This document shows, piece by piece, positions 37,545 through 52,698 of a DNA stretch of 64,000 nt; the first letter of the stretch is position 1; the number at the start of each line of letters is the position of its first letter. The notes under the pieces are model-generated. The model was not told the origin of the DNA, ran no database searches, and was given only the letters and a program-made list of their open reading frames with translations. Both the position numbers and the translations under genes were made by a program. The stretch covers positions 37,634,001 through 37,698,000 of the forward strand of contig OX597824.1 in NCBI GenBank assembly GCA_951406725.2, given 5' to 3'. The stretch comes from Octopus vulgaris (Eukaryota).

Positions 37545-37715
37545 GATGGGGTAAAGTGCTTCTACAACTGTTATGTAATTATTACGGCACTAACTCGAAA
37601 AGATGAAAGGCAAAGTCGAACTCGGTGGAATTTTAACTTAGAACATGAATAAAGACGAAATTCCGCAAAGCATTTTGTCCGGTGTGCTAACGATTCTGCA
37701 TGTCGGCCGCCTTCG
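37545..37715 (-). mobile_element. SINE family A, diverged copy
   Basis: GATGAAAGGCAAAGTCGA..GGAATTT.AACT..GCTAACGATTCTGC. Confidence 0.7.
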
Positions 37716-38219
37716 GCCGTACATATCAAAAGTCAAATTTACTAATCACTCCATGTCTTCCTTTAGACCTCACATTTGTCTTCTTTTCCTTTTTCAACAG
37801 GGTTTATTATTAGCGCTGCCGTGATTTCATTCGAGGTGTAATTGCAATTGATTGAACAGTTTTCACTGCCTATATTAACTATGATATCCAATACATAAAT
37901 ATATATATATATATATATTGATTATTTGTAAGTGTTTTCCATTAATTTATTTTATAATTAACATTCTAAAATAATTTTGCTATATATTTCTTAACCAACA
38001 TATTTTTTTCTATTTTGCATATTATTTTACAACAAAAATGTAGTATTTTTATTAATTTTACCTGTGCAGGGTTGATATAATAAATATCAGATTCACAAAA
38101 GACAAGAAAATGCAGCTCTCACTAAGATAACATCTTTAATGGTTTACCCTATATTAGTGCTACTCATTTTCTCATAAGTTTATGGGATAAAGTCTACTGA
38201 ATGTACCCTAGTATGGATA

Positions 38220-38603
38220 GAAGCACTCCGTCGGTTACGACGATGAGGGTTCCGGTTGATCCGAATCAACGGAACAGCCTGCTCGTGAAATTAACGTGTA
38301 AGTGGCTGAGCACTCCACAGACACGTGCACCCTTAACGTAGTTCTCGGGGATATTCAGCGTGACACAGAGAGTGACAAGGCCGGCCCCTTGAAATACAGA
38401 TACAACAGAAACAGGAAGTAAGAGTGGGAGAAAGTTGTGGTGAAAGAGTACAGCAGGGATCACCACCATCCCCTGCCGGAGCCTCGTGGAGCTTTTAGGT
38501 GCTTTTGCTTAATAAACACTCACAACGCCCGGTCTGGGAATCGAAACCGCGATCCTATGACCGCGAGTCCGCTGCCCTAACCACTGGGCCATTGCGCCTC
38601 CAC
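38220..38603 (-). mobile_element. SINE family C, tail type 2, full-length with TSD
   Basis: Complete tRNA-like head; ACCCTAGTAT is duplicated on both flanks (~38205 and ~38602). Confidence 0.9.
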
Positions 38604-38706
38604 CCTAGTATATTACTGATACTGATGGTGGGGGAAAGATGAGGTTTATCTCGTGAGAATTTCAACTCTATATGTAGACCCATTCTACAGTTATTCCAGC
38701 GTACTT

Positions 38707-39108
38707 ATAATCCTTTCTACTATAAGCTCAAGGCCTGAAATTTTTTGGGGAAGAGGGGGGGGGGGAAGTCGATTAAATCGACCCCAGTGCGCAACTGGTA
38801 CTTAATTTATCGACCACGAGGGGATGAAAGGCAAAGCCGACCTCGGTGGAATTTGAACCTACAACGTAATGGCAGACGAAATACCTATTTCTTTACAAGG
38901 GGCTAAACACAGAGAGGACAAACAAGGACAGACACACGGATTAAATCGATTATATCGACCCTACTGCTTAACTGGTACTTAATTTATCGACCCCGAAAAG
39001 ATGAAAGGCAAAGTCGACCTCGGCGGAATTTGAACCCAGAACGTAACGGCAGACGAAATACCGCTAAGCATTTTGCCCGGTGTGCTAACGATTCTGCCAG
39101 CTCGCTGA
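38707..39108 (-). mobile_element. SINE family A, composite two-unit copy
   Basis: Junction GACGAAATAC|CTATTTCTTT at ~38884. The downstream unit ends in a third tail type (..TTTCAGGCCTTG..TAGTAGAAAGGATT). Confidence 0.8.
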
Positions 39109-40740
39109 CTTTTCTCGCGTACTAATACATATAACAATATAAACTTATGATACACAAATAATATAAAATATATGCTCTAAAAAGTGAGAAACCTTGATAT
39201 GCTGATATTTAAACACTGCGGTAGTTTACCAAGAAATCTTTCAAGAACGTTTCTAAAAAATTGATAAAATTCTATGTAAATATCATAAAGAGCATAGTGA
39301 TCACATTTCTTTTCGTTATTGTTTGAGCAGACTTATAAAATACTGACTAGATATGGTATGTCTCAACAATGTAGATATAGATGCTTGGAAGAGGCTAATG
39401 TTACGCCCGTGACATAAATCAGATATCGCAAGTATATACAACAAACAATATTAAAGACATCATAGTTACGTTAATAGAGAGAATATGGTTGTGTGGAAGG
39501 AATCGGAAATAAAACTAAACTGTCATATATTTACATAAAGTTATTTCAACGTCAGTAAATGAAAAATATCTTTTTTTTTCTGAAGAATCTGTTTTAATAT
39601 AAAAAAAAAACATAAAAGTAAAAATATATAATACTCCATTAGAAACACTCCCCGATATCTGTAGAGGAATTCGCAAAAAAAAAAAGAAAAAAAAAAAAGA
39701 AAATAATAATTCCGTTCACAGCAATAACAAATTGACAAGAGAAAGTATTTTTCAATGATACAAGATACAAAAACAAATAAAACCAACTGGTACGAGCCGC
39801 TCGGCATCAATGTTTAATATATATTTAATAGTTGGAATATCAAAGAACTAGGTTAGACTAAAATATGTGAGGAAAAACATTCATTGCAGAATGGGGTTAA
39901 CAATGTTACCTACCTTACCTGGAAAATGAAAAAAAAAATATTCACACATTATACATCTTTACGATCATATTTTTATGTATTTTCATTTTCACGTTTTTAT
40001 GTTAAAACAGTTTCTTCAGAAAAAGAGATATTTTCATTTGCTGACATTGAACTACCTTGTATGACAGTTTACTTTCATCTCTGATTCATTCTGTACAGCC
40101 ACATTCTCTGTTAATATATAACTATAATGTGTTTTTTTTTTGTATATATTTGCGTTGATTTATGTACCAGTGTTGTAACATTAGCATCTTTCTAGCATTC
40201 ATATCTGTTCGATGTACCACGTCTATTCTCTATATTTATGAACCTGCCCAAACTACAACGAAAAATGTGATCGATTTGCTCTTTGTGATATTTACAGCAC
40301 AAAATTTTGTCATTTTTGAGAATGTCATGGAAATAACAAGTTGTTATGTGCACGGTGAACAGCGAGAACCAAAACGATGTCTTACATATTTATTCTTAAT
40401 ACGTTCTGTCAGATTCGGACGTGAATATGCTAATCGTTGCTGTATTTTATCATTGGACAACAACTTCTCCTTTCAGGCGATGTGCGTTCTCCATTGACGA
40501 ATACAGAAGCTTTTTGCATATTCTCATTCGAATCTGACAAAACTTATTAAGAATTCAAGTTAAAGAAAGTAATTCCTGAGAGACAGGTAAAACTAAGCAA
40601 TAACTACCTTTCGCTCAAAACAAATATTTCCTTATCTCAAAACTAAATGAAATTGTAGCTACTCTCTCACATTACACCTGCAATATTATTGCCTCTAGAA
40701 TAATATTAACCGGGTATAGGATATTTTTTTTTTGTCATCT

Positions 40741-40875
40741 ATAATAATAATAGTAGTAGTAGTAGCAGTAGAAGAAGTAGTAGTAGTAGTAGTAGTAGAA
40801 GAAGAAGAAGAAGAAGAAGAAGAAGAAGAAGAAGAAGAAGAAGAAGAAGAAGAAGAAGAAGAAGAAGAAGAAGAA
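40741..40875. repeat. (TAG)n/(GAA)n microsatellite
   Basis: Directly visible. Confidence 0.95.
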
Positions 40876-41084
40876 TTCCTTTGAGGAAGCAGATAATTTT
40901 CTAACGTTGCGACGTTTATAACATTCCTAACACTAGTTGGGGAACTTAAAAACAGAGCAACATTTTCCCGACATGATTTGAACATTGAATGGTATGGGGA
41001 AAAACAAAACGCTATAAAACATCCAGCTTTATTGTTTGTAGCTTCTATCATTCAAATAAACCAATCACAGAATGAAAAATATTG

Positions 41085-41297
41085 ATTTCAACTTTTGGTA
41101 CACGACCAGCAATTTAGGGAGAGGGTGTAAGTCGATGACATCTACTCCAGTGTTCAACTGGTACTTATTTCAGCGACCCCGAAAGGATGAAAGGTAAAGA
41201 CGACCTCAGCAGAATTTGAACTCAGAACGTAAAGACGGCTGAAATGCCGCTAAGCATTTCCTCCGGCGTGCTAACGATTTTGACAGCTCGCCACCTT
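41085..41297 (-). mobile_element. SINE family A monomer
   Basis: Full head, core and old-type tail. Confidence 0.8.
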
Positions 41298-41882
41298 ACA
41301 GAATGATAATGGTGACAATGATGCTGTTAATTATAGAACAGCTGAAAGACGGAAATAAAATGACTGTAAAATAAGAGAACTTAAAACTCATCAAAGTGAA
41401 ATAATAAGAATAATTAAAAAAATGTCTGATTGGATAGAAATTAATTTTTAATTTCCAGTCTTCAGACAAACTAATTAAACAGGAATAAAATGTTATAAAC
41501 ACAAATGCGAAAGTGAGGACCGTTAGGATTACTAAAGGAGAGACATTTCAGGTTGTATTGATAATCCTAAAAACTACATCAGCTAGTTTTGTCGGGTAAT
41601 ATGTTAGTAAAAACACGATCTTCATTTAGTTCATGACATCACAATATTATTATTAAAGATGAAAAACTTTTTCCAATCCAACATTATTGAGAGAAGTTAA
41701 AATAGACATAGTTGCATTGTTTAATCGTTTTTAATTATTTTAATTTCCGATTTGAATAATTTACATGGAAAATATCATATAAAGAGATTGTATGATAATT
41801 TGCGCAAGAATAGCCAGAAAACAAAATGGAAAGGAAATATTATAAGGCGTGAGAAAATTAGGTTTGTTAAAGAAACAATTTC

Positions 41883-42097
41883 TACTCTTTTACTTGTTTC
41901 AGTCATTTGACTATGGCCATGCAGGAGCACCGCCTTTAGTCGAGCACATCGATCCCAGGACTTATTCTTTGTAAGCCTAGTACTTATTCTATCAGTTTCT
42001 TTTGCCGAACCGCTAAGTTACGGGGACGTAAACACACCACCATCAGTTGTCAAGCGATGTAGGGGGGACAAACACAGACACACACAGACACACACAG

Positions 42098-42140
<43 letters not shown>

Positions 42141-42318
42141 CATATATACATACGATGGGCTTCTTTAAGTCTCCGTCTACCAATTCCACTCACAAGGCTT
42201 TGGTCGGCACCAGACTATAGTAGAAGACACTTGTCCAAGGTGCCACGCAGTGGGACTGAACCTGGAACCATGTAGTTCGTAAGCAATCTACTTACCACTC
42301 AGCCACTCCTACGCCTAT
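41883..42318 (-). mobile_element. tRNA-derived SINE family B, full length
   Basis: The minus-strand head has A-box TGGCTGAGTGG and B-box GGTTCAGTCCC, followed by CCTTGGACAAGTGTCTTCTAC, an internal (TA)/(TG)n and the tail ..GAAACAAGTAAAAGAGTA. Confidence 0.88.
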
Positions 42319-43326
42319 AGCAACTTACCACACAGCCACTCCAGGAATTTGGAGAAAAAAATTATTGCATAAGAAGTAATTTGCATCGAACCTAATTTCA
42401 CCAAATATTCTTATGAAATTTCTGCTTTTCACCTGTTATACGTATGAGATCACTGCAGAATGAGGGAGTGGGTTATGTTCCTAGACGTTCGGTCCGCAAA
42501 CAAAGTCCACTTATATACTGAATCTATGGTTTAATCCAGGTGAAGGATGGACACTATGAGTCTGGCTTGTGACAACAGCATACATCATTAAGACTTATTC
42601 GATTGACGAGATGTTAATATTTTCTTATGACTAAAGCTTCACGGCTGTGCAGAAAGATGAAGAACGTGATTATGGCACATCAATTCGATTTCGCGATAAC
42701 CATTGGATATATACACATAAGAAGAAAACAACACAAATCTTGACAATGATACAAATAAGAAGCCGAACACATAGTTTGCATAGTAAATAGATGCTTGTTC
42801 AATTGTAGGCTTACATTTCCTAGTCGAAAGCAAGTATTTGCTGATACATATTTTACCATTCCCTGAGAACTAAAATACAAAGACGACGTTGGCAGTTCAT
42901 GATGCAGCACCAGAGCCCTTGTAAATAGCACAAGTTACACAATTCCTAAACAATCATCGCTCAATAGAATTACGCAACTCAACACTTTATATGCGTACCA
43001 TTCAATAACATATCTCAACCTGTCGACTCTTTGATATTGCATACAACGAGTCTAATAAACACCACTTCCCACTATCGCTTTCCAGTCATATAGCACAAAC
43101 CATGTCGCTCATACTCGACACAATCACAGCCGACACTTAAAATAAATCATAAAATTTGAACAGCTTTTCTCTGCCTCACAATCAGACAAAACACTAAAAT
43201 TAACTCTAGAAACAAAGCAAATTTTACAGCAACACAATTCTACCCCTTCGTAAGATAATGAAGCTCACACCCCTGGTAGACGCATCTAGTGGAGTGGTAG
43301 AAATACACATGGCACTGTTGTAGACC

Positions 43327-43374
<48 letters not shown>

Positions 43375-43375
<1 letters not shown>

Positions 43376-43852
43376 TGTCTTGGTATAAAAGATGGGCTAC
43401 AGCAAATATTCTACTCAATACCACAGATTTGCTTGTCAGCTGTTTGACCTTAACCAGTTGAGCATGTCCCTTAGGGGCTGACGATATGTGCATCTCTGAT
43501 CACGAGCAGAAATAGTGTGGGGAGCATCATAGCCGTGTGATAATAGAAATTCTTAGAGAATTGGATAATTCGCCTTTGGAAACATGGGTGGTTCGTTCAG
43601 CAGCCTTAAACAGCCCTTATTCAGGGATCTCTTGAGCGGGATAGGCTACTCGACCAGAAGAAATTTCTATCTGGGCCCCACTTGCAAGGTCATACGCTGT
43701 TTAACTTGATATGAGATCCCCATGTTGCGCACATATAGTTGTGATGCATGTATCTGGTGTACTCTTATCAGACGGGTAGTCATGATGGGTATACTGGGCT
43801 TCGTATATTTTACCCCAGTGTCATTTTGATGTCATGCACTGCTCTCTCACTC
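43375..43852 (+). mobile_element. Family D: non-coding (TAA)n-embedded element, slightly 5'-truncated
   Basis: Homologous to 50963-51511 and 55444-55975; ends CTCTCTCACTC(AAT)n and has TAA repeats on both sides. Confidence 0.85.
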
Positions 43853-44000
<148 letters not shown>

Positions 44001-44094
44001 GTGCCCTTATCAGACGGGTAGTCATGATGGGTATATTGGGCTTCGTATATTTTACCCCAGTGTCACTTTGATGGCATGAACTGCTCTCTCACTC
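44001..44094 (+). mobile_element. Family D, 94-bp 3' stub inserted in the tail of the previous copy
   Basis: Repeats the last 94 nt of 43375-43852 and is TAA-flanked. Confidence 0.85.
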
Positions 44095-44232
44095 AATAAT
44101 AATAATAATAATTAGCAAAATATTTAGGACGCAGCTCTGCAGTTTTCAAAAAAAAAAAAAAATGTAGCATGAATATATATACAATATAGCTGTATAATAC
44201 AAGTATATGTATGCGTGTATATCCAGGAACAG

Positions 44233-44457
44233 AAGGCGGCGAGCTGGCAGAATCGTTAGCACGCTGTTTACCGATATTTCGCCCGTCGCTATGTTCTGAG
44301 TTCAAATTCAGCCGAGGTCGACTTTGCCTTTCATCCTTTCGGAGTCTATTAAATAAGTACCAGTTACGTATTGGGGTCGATGTAATCGACTTAATCCCTT
44401 TGTCTGTCCATGTTTGTCCCATCTATGTTTAGCCCCTTGTGGGCAATAAAGAAATAT
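44233..44457 (+). mobile_element. SINE family A monomer
   Basis: GGCGGCGAGCTGGCAGAATCGTTAGC head through ..GTGGGCAATAAAGAAATA; flanked by TATATCCAGGAACAG on both sides (TSD). Confidence 0.88.
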
Positions 44458-45187
44458 ATATCCAGGAACAGGAGATTGCTATAAAATAGCTGAGATACAA
44501 AAGAGACGAGAATGGCACTAGAGCTCCATATTGTGTTAAAATGTCGTTTATGCCATATCATTGTGGAAGATTTCACATCAGCAGCTATTTAAAAATGTCT
44601 ACAAGGTACCTTCTCACGGACATGGCATTGTCACTGAAACCGTTTGCAATGCTATACGCATGAAGCATTGCGCTGACTGCCAACCAGAGATACTCCTGAG
44701 CCAGAATACATTAACATCTTTAAAAGCCTGTGCAATCACAGCATGCCATATATTAGTGTATTGGACAAAGAGCAAAAGTCAGGCACTGGTAGAGAACTAA
44801 AGAAAATACTACTGGCTCTATATACCGGCAATAGATTTTCATTTGCCGTTATCATTGTGTACAGGGTAACATAACAATAAATCTGCAAAAAAACAACAAC
44901 AAAAAAAAAAACTAGAAATGCTGGGATTCTCAAGAAAAAAAAAAAACACTGCAAATGAATTTGTATTCACCAAATACAATCGATTGGTTGTAGCGGGAAA
45001 ATTTGCAAAACGTTCTCGTGATTCTCCATTTGAGGCTTCTGGGCCGCACACAAGCACATAACCATACACAGATTAAATATACGTAGAAGCACATATATAA
45101 ACAATAATAAAACACACACACACTAGTATGTTAACCTGATATGCACACTCACTACACCAGTGCAAGGTTATTCATATATACACATAG

Positions 45188-45268
<81 letters not shown>

Positions 45269-45977
45269 CACATATATATACACATATACATACACACCAA
45301 CCAATTTAGATAACTGCAAACTCCCAGAGTGCAAGATTATTCACACGCGCACATACATGCACACATACACATATACACATATACACATATACACATATAC
45401 ACATATACACATACAGCAACCAATTTAGATAACCGCAAACCCCCAAGTGCTGCCTTCATTTAAACAAAAGGGCTTTCCCACTTTGATGATGATCGGCTTG
45501 AATTCTGGCAAAGGAAAAAAATTATTTGAATCCCAAAGAAAACAAACATTTATACAAATGGAAGTAGATATTTGATGTAAATCCTTTGGATGGCCCGAAA
45601 TCCATCTCTTGGAACATTGTTGTATAAACATAGAAAGGATGGATAATTACGACGAAAATATAGAAACTAAATCAATAGTAAAGAATGACTGTGAGAAAGA
45701 GAAGCGATGTATTGTCTATATAGTGTTGTCTTCGATATTGCTACAGTTCTATATTTGGTGATAAATCTATAGATGGCATCATGTTGCTTTCTGCCAGCCT
45801 CCTCCGAGCAACTACATTATTAGAAAAGGAAAACATTGATCTCTCATTTATCGATTACAGATTTCTAGACAAAGGAAGTGTTATGTGTGGATACATTTAA
45901 AACATCCTTTGCCGAGATATCTGTAGACATATTTGTGGATGCATAGGTGTTTGTGGTGTGTGTGTAGGTGTCTACTG

Positions 45978-46012
<35 letters not shown>

Positions 46013-46102
46013 CGTATATTTATATGTAAAGTCATGCGTATACATTCGTATTAGTATATAAAAATGTGCATAGAGGCATATTTTAAATGCATTTTCTTAT
46101 TA

Positions 46103-46141
<39 letters not shown>

Positions 46142-46195
46142 GAAATAGTGGCAAGACAAGGCATCAATGTTTGCTGGAAATAGCCATCAATATAT

Positions 46196-46246
<51 letters not shown>

Positions 46247-49200
46247 TGTATATATATATGCATGTATGCATGTATGTCTGTATGTATGTATGTATGTATG
46301 TATGTATGTATGTATGTATGTATGTATACTTGCAAGCATGTATGTATTTATATGTGTGTGCGTATGCGTGTGTATATCTATATGCATATGAATATAGAAG
46401 CAGGACAGACCAAGAAACTCCATAATGGGACACGAACAAGGTCGCTGTCACCTGTAGGCTGACAGCTTTACCGATCACAGTACAACGCGGGATAACTACT
46501 CATACAATTCTCAATACATAAATCTATTCTCTTTGCTACTTTTTAAGTGGGTTATTTTTGTCTTCAGATAATTGATTATAATATAGCACAAAGATATAGC
46601 TTCGTACGCACTGATGTCTAACGGGGCATTGTGCACCACCTCAGTTTCACTGCTGGTGAAATTATGAATAAACTGTTACAATTTTCAGTCTAAAATGACA
46701 TCCGACATTGCATTCTTCAGCTCCATACATAAAATGACTAGCAGGCCCACCGACAGTACTTGAAACATGTATCTATCGCTTGTCGAACGCCTACTTATCG
46801 ATCATACTGTGATTTAATATTTTACGTTGAGAAAGCTAGTATTTAAATTTATTTTTAATTTGAACATTGTGTTATTTTCGTCGCGAAAATCTAGTCGAGG
46901 TGAAGCCCCTTGCTACGCTTTCTTGGCTAATCACAAGCACAATCAGGTAAAGAAAGAAACAGGGAACTTGAGTGGGCGGGTTCCGTTTTTAAATACAAGA
47001 TATTTCCCTGTTGAGTTATTTCAACGATGGTTTATGGAGTAGAAACATAGAACCTAACGAAAGAATGGAGGAAAAAAATCAACATACAAACGCTAATACA
47101 CTTGCAATGCTTTGGAAAGATTATAAACAATGAAAATGATTTGAAAACAAGCAGGATCTGAAGTAGAAAGGGCATGTCATTGATGAGGTCGTGAATGGCG
47201 ACGAAAGGACTTTAACAAACCTGGTTGATTGATAGAGTGAACGAGTAATCAATCACTCGATTAGTTAATTGGTTAAAATGTTAACGAATCGACTAATAAT
47301 AAAAGAAGTGAAATAGAACCAGTGCGTGTGAGTGTTTATTATTGGCACAATGATCCTCCCGAGATACAACAAAAACTAGCAGAGTTAAATGGAAAAGCTG
47401 AAAGGGAGAAGGTAACTGAAATAGCAACAACATCAGTCCTAGATATAAAGATCATGGTTGCTGCTGTTACAACTATTTCAAGAGCACATACGCTCGGTCC
47501 TCCGAGGAAAGCCAGACAGGAGAAAGTTAATTTGTATTTGTCGTTTCTTTTAAATTACGTATTTTGTAGTTACATCTGTATTTCAGAGAACAATCCAATT
47601 ATTTTTGTTATCTTAAATTTGTTTACGTCAATGTTATGTAAAACGCATCTGTCACCCCAAACTCTCATTAGTTTTGATTCAAATTTGTTCTAAGTCTCCA
47701 TATGTTTCGTATCTTCATTCAACTCTTTTGTGTGTAGGAACGGTGGCAAAATAAAAGAAATTGTTATATACCAGGCAAACACTGTGGTCGATATAATCAA
47801 CTCATCCTACCAAACTCTGGTCTTGTGCTTATGTTAGAATTTATTGTAGATTTTAAGGAGAGTTGAATGGCTGCGTGGAGTTCTTTTTTCCAAGTTGACC
47901 AATGTCGGGAGGTGAAGTCTTTTTTTTGAAAGATTTCGATCTCACAATCTTCCTAGACATAATGAATAAGTAGGCGGGCCTACTTCACGAGCTTTATGTT
48001 TATATGAAAGCTGTTCGGCGATTTTTTGGCAGATATCTATCCACAGCAGGCAACAAAACGGGAGAGGGGTAAATCTAATACAACAACTCTAATGCTCAAA
48101 TGGCACTTACTTTATCGACAGCTTAGAACATAAAGACCAGCGAAATGCCTTTAAGCATTTTATCCGGCGCGGTAACGATTCTGCCAGATCGCCGTGGATT
48201 GACCCTTGACTGATTCTTCAGCGTTAAGTACGAGGGTTTCGTTGTCAGGGTTAGGGCTTTTGCTTTAAGATATGAGGAGTCGGGCGGCAGAGGAGCAACG
48301 TGGTTACAAAGCCACAATTTTACAATTTAGTCTTTGATGACTAAAGGCAGTTTCAGCTCCGTTTCTGAGGCTGGTTCGCTGCAATGAACAGCGACATCTA
48401 CTCAGAAGTTAGAGTACATGACCTCCTATCGGACTTGTTCATTATCATGCATTCGGTCCATCAAGAGTGTTCTCTTTCGCGCCTTCTGTACGTACTTACT
48501 CTAGAGCTACTACCGCACTGTTAGAGGTTTCGAAGGGCATTTCATGTGATCTAGGATGTGGAAGATCCATGTTGGTATATACGGATGGAGTTACAGTCAT
48601 AGAATAGAATACCAAACACATTGAGGTGATCAGCGTTGCTTTACGAGAGTACACGTTGGTGATAGATGCCAAAATCCGATAATGTTTGGGTGAGCTGTGA
48701 AGAAATTTTACCGAGCAGTTTGTTCGATTGAAGTGAAAATGTCTTGCGTAGGACATGAGCTGTGCCTAACAGGGCTCCTTTTTTTGGCGGTCGGGAATGT
48801 GTAGCATTTTATGGCTTGTTATGGATTCGGAGCTTTTGTTTACGATCGTATTATATCTGGCAATCCAGTTATAATTGATACATTTTTTACTTAATTCTTA
48901 AGATTATTCCTACTACGATTCTTGTATAAATTATGTCAATCATAATTTTATTAAAAATAGCTTTAATTTTCACATTAGATTGTTTACAGCTTTAATACAC
49001 GAATATTTATACATCAGTATCGGCAACAAGATGTCTTGCGAGATTAGCTGCAGCTTTAGAGTATGGGCTGAAACCAGCTGGTATATTTCCTTCGTAGAGA
49101 TGGATCCACATACATAACTGTTGCTCAGATATTGTAGAGTGGTAAGCGAGAAAATCAGTCGGAAATATATAGTCAAAATATGGAGTTGTAGACAAGAAAA

Positions 49201-49297
49201 TATTTGCTTTCAAAGTTATATATCAACTCATATTAAGTAAAAGAACTTGAAATCTTGGTAAATAAGAACAAATGAAAGTGTGAAAAGAGTAAAATAG

Positions 49298-49500
49298 TGG
49301 TTTCAAATTTTGGTACAAGATTAGCAGTTATGGGTTGGGGATAAGCCGATTGCATCTACTCCAGTGTTCAACTGGGCCTTATTTCACCGACCCCGAAAGA
49401 ATGAAAGGCAAAGTCGACCTCGGCGGAATTTGAACTTATAATCTAAAGAAAAGCTACTGAGCATTTTGCCCAGCGCACTAAGGATTCTGCCAGCTAGCCG
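49298..49500 (-). mobile_element. SINE family A monomer
   Basis: Core GAAAGGCAAAGTCGACCTCGGCGGAATTTGAAC plus the old-type tail. Confidence 0.78.
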
Positions 49501-50893
49501 ACCAAGACAGTAACATAATGTCAGGAAAATAAGTGAATGAGTCCCTAATAGTTAGTTTCAAGACTTGTATCAAAAACAGTCATGCAGATGGACCCAGATC
49601 TCTCTAAGTGATAAAAACATTTGAATTTGGTTGGGAAAACTAACAAACTAACAAAACCCTTATAGGGTATACAGTACATGGATTAATATGTATAGAAATA
49701 TATACTTTTCCGTTCTTCCATCTACGGCATAAGGGTGGAATATAAACTGATGACTCTTCCTCCGTTGTCTGATTGTCTCAGGCATTCGAGGCTCTCAGAA
49801 TGAGTTTATGGAAACTATACAAGGTCAGTAAAGATGATGCAGAATCATTAACGTGACCAGTTTACTCAGGCGTATAATCATCAATGATATTTTAAACTTT
49901 TCGTCCAACACCAGAGGCTAAATATTAAGTTTTGTATGACCTAAAGACAAATAAGTGTTTGACATGGCAACTTTCCAAATAATTAGATTAGTCGACAAGA
50001 GGGTTCTCTAACTAATTCATTATTCGTTTTAGACTCCTCGGAATTGATTATCACGAGTTTCTGTTTTGTCATAAATTGTTTGTCGATATTTCAACAACAA
50101 TAGGAAAGAATTGAATGTTTACTCCTATTTTTAATTTCCATTTTATGAAACACCAATATTTCTCAACAATACTTGGCAAAAGGTTTCATTTTATTTGATT
50201 TTCTAAAAATATTTCTGCTGCACAAGAAAGCTGAAATGTAGTAGAGGTGACATTCCACAAAGCTGGGTCGGCAATTTAATTTCAATTCTAAGTTGATTTA
50301 TTTTTCACCACTTAAAGTATGACAATCACAGCCTTCGTTTGCATTATTCTAAGAACTTGTTAAGACTATCCCTACAGATTTTCTATAGCAATTATAGCCA
50401 GCTCTGAAAAATGGGTAATGGGCGTATATGCCATATTTCAAGAGTTTTTGCTCCTTCATTAGCATCCATCCAACCCATTAATCATTCACGAGCTCATTAC
50501 TTAAATAGTCACTAAATCTATCGGTGTAGCGTTTGTGGATGTACCAATTTTTCATATTAAACATATTCCTGGAAGCTGGTGGGTAAATATTAATGACCTG
50601 TAGGGACACCGTATTTCGTTATGCAACGAATATATACTACAAAGTTTTTATAAGTCAATGCAGTGTTCTACTGTGTTAGCAGTGCTATTAATTACATCAC
50701 TTGTTAAGGCTATCTCTACACATTTTCTATAGAAATTATAACCACTACTGATTTTGTTACGACGTTTCAAATCCGAGATGCTAGATTGAAGGGCTTTCTT
50801 TGTACCAGACCCATATTTTGGAGCACTGGAGTTCATGTGATCGACTTATCCCTCCCCACAAATTGCTTGCCTTATACCAAAGTTTGAAAGCAA

Positions 50894-50940
<47 letters not shown>

Positions 50941-50962
50941 TATTATTATTATTATTATTATT

Positions 50963-51511
50963 GAGTGAGAGATCAGTGCATGCTATCAAAGTGACACTGG
51001 AGCAAAATATACGAAGCCCAGTATACCCATCATGACTACCCATCTGATAAGGGTACACCAGGCACATGCATCACAACCATGTGTGCGCAACATGGTGATC
51101 TCGTATCAAGATAAACAGCACATGACCTTGCAGGTGGGGCCCAGTTAGAATTTTCTTCTGGTCGAGTAACCCATCCAGCTCAAAATGTCCCTGAATACGG
51201 ATTGTTTAAGGATATTGAACAAAACGCCCATGTTTCCAAAGATGATTTATTCAAACCCCAAAGAATCCCTCTCAACACATGGCTATGATGTTCCCCCACT
51301 ACTTCTGCTCTTGATCAGAGATGCACATATCGTCAGCCACTAAGGGACATGGTCAACTGGTTAAGGTCAAACAACTGACAAGCAAATCTGTGGTATTAAA
51401 CAGAATATTTGCTGTAGCCCATCTTTTATACCAAGACAAAGCAATGTACATGGTAACACTTCCAATCAGATAAGATCAGAAGCCTCGAGAGCCACTGCCT
51501 GGTACTGCATC
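50963..51511 (-). mobile_element. Family D, apparently near full length
   Basis: The minus strand starts GATGCAGTACCAGGCAGTGGC and ends CTCTCACTC(AAT)n; (TTA)n lies on both plus-strand flanks. Confidence 0.85.
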
Positions 51512-51533
51512 AAAAAAAAAAAAAAAAGAATTA

Positions 51534-51582
<49 letters not shown>

Positions 51583-51590
51583 TTATTATC

Positions 51591-51638
<48 letters not shown>

Positions 51639-51721
51639 GTTGTTGTTATTATTGTTATTGTTATTATTATTATTATTGTTATTATTATTATTATTATTAT
51701 TATTAATAATTATAAGTGAGA

Positions 51722-51880
51722 TGCAGAATCGTTAGCATTCCGGATTACATACTTAGCAGCTTTTCGTCCGTCTTTACGTTCTGAGTTCAAATTCTACCGT
51801 GGTCAGCTTTGCTTTCAACCTTTCGGGGTCGATAAAATAAGTACCTGTTGATCACGGGGAGTTGATTACATCGGCTTACT
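51722..51880 (+). mobile_element. SINE family A, diverged copy
   Basis: GCAGAATCGTTAGC..GAGTTCAAATTC..CCTTTCGGGGTCGATAAAATAAGTACC. Confidence 0.75.
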
Positions 51881-52416
51881 TTTAATGTTCCATTCATAAA
51901 ATAACCTTCTCCCGCTCTCTGTGACAGCCACTTATTCACTTAAGAGAGAAAACTAAAACTGATTTTAAAAAAAGTGTGAAAAAAAGGCCGACAGATGAGG
52001 AAAGCAAATGATACGAGTCTATTATGAGACTGTCCTTCATCAGCTCTCCCTCGCCATCTTTCTTTCACGTTAAGGACACTCTAACTGATGAGGCATTGTT
52101 TAACGAATGTCAATAAGGTGTGGTTGTAGTCACATATTTACAAGAGGTTAATTAGAAGTGAATTATGCCCTTTGCTATTTGTCTAACTCACAGCTAACAC
52201 ATTAAGTACGATACTGTATTTCATCCGTATGTGTACGCCAGGGTGTTTGTATGTTCATGTATTTGTTAGTGTCCGTGCGTCACCGCATTTATACTTGCAT
52301 ACATACATACATACGTCACTTGCATACATACATACATGCATACATACATGCATACATACATACATACATACATACATACATACATACATTCATGAATACA
52401 TACATACATACATACA

Positions 52417-52449
<33 letters not shown>

Positions 52450-52471
52450 GGATACATACATATATATATAT

Positions 52472-52522
<51 letters not shown>

Positions 52523-52596
52523 CATGCATGCATACATATATATATATACACATATATACATATATACGCAAACACACACACATATATATATACACA

Positions 52597-52632
<36 letters not shown>

Positions 52633-52656
52633 ATATGATATATAACTGTTTGTATG

Positions 52657-52698
<42 letters not shown>

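Noticed and set aside
43475-43520. CTGACGA in family D as a hammerhead core
   Set aside because: No stem II-GAAA-NUH arrangement could be folded, and an HDV-like fold at the 5' end could not be established by eye either.
52080-52125. CTGATGA-GGCATT..AATGTC hammerhead-like start
   Set aside because: GAAA is replaced by AATA and there is no matching stem I; at best a decayed relic.
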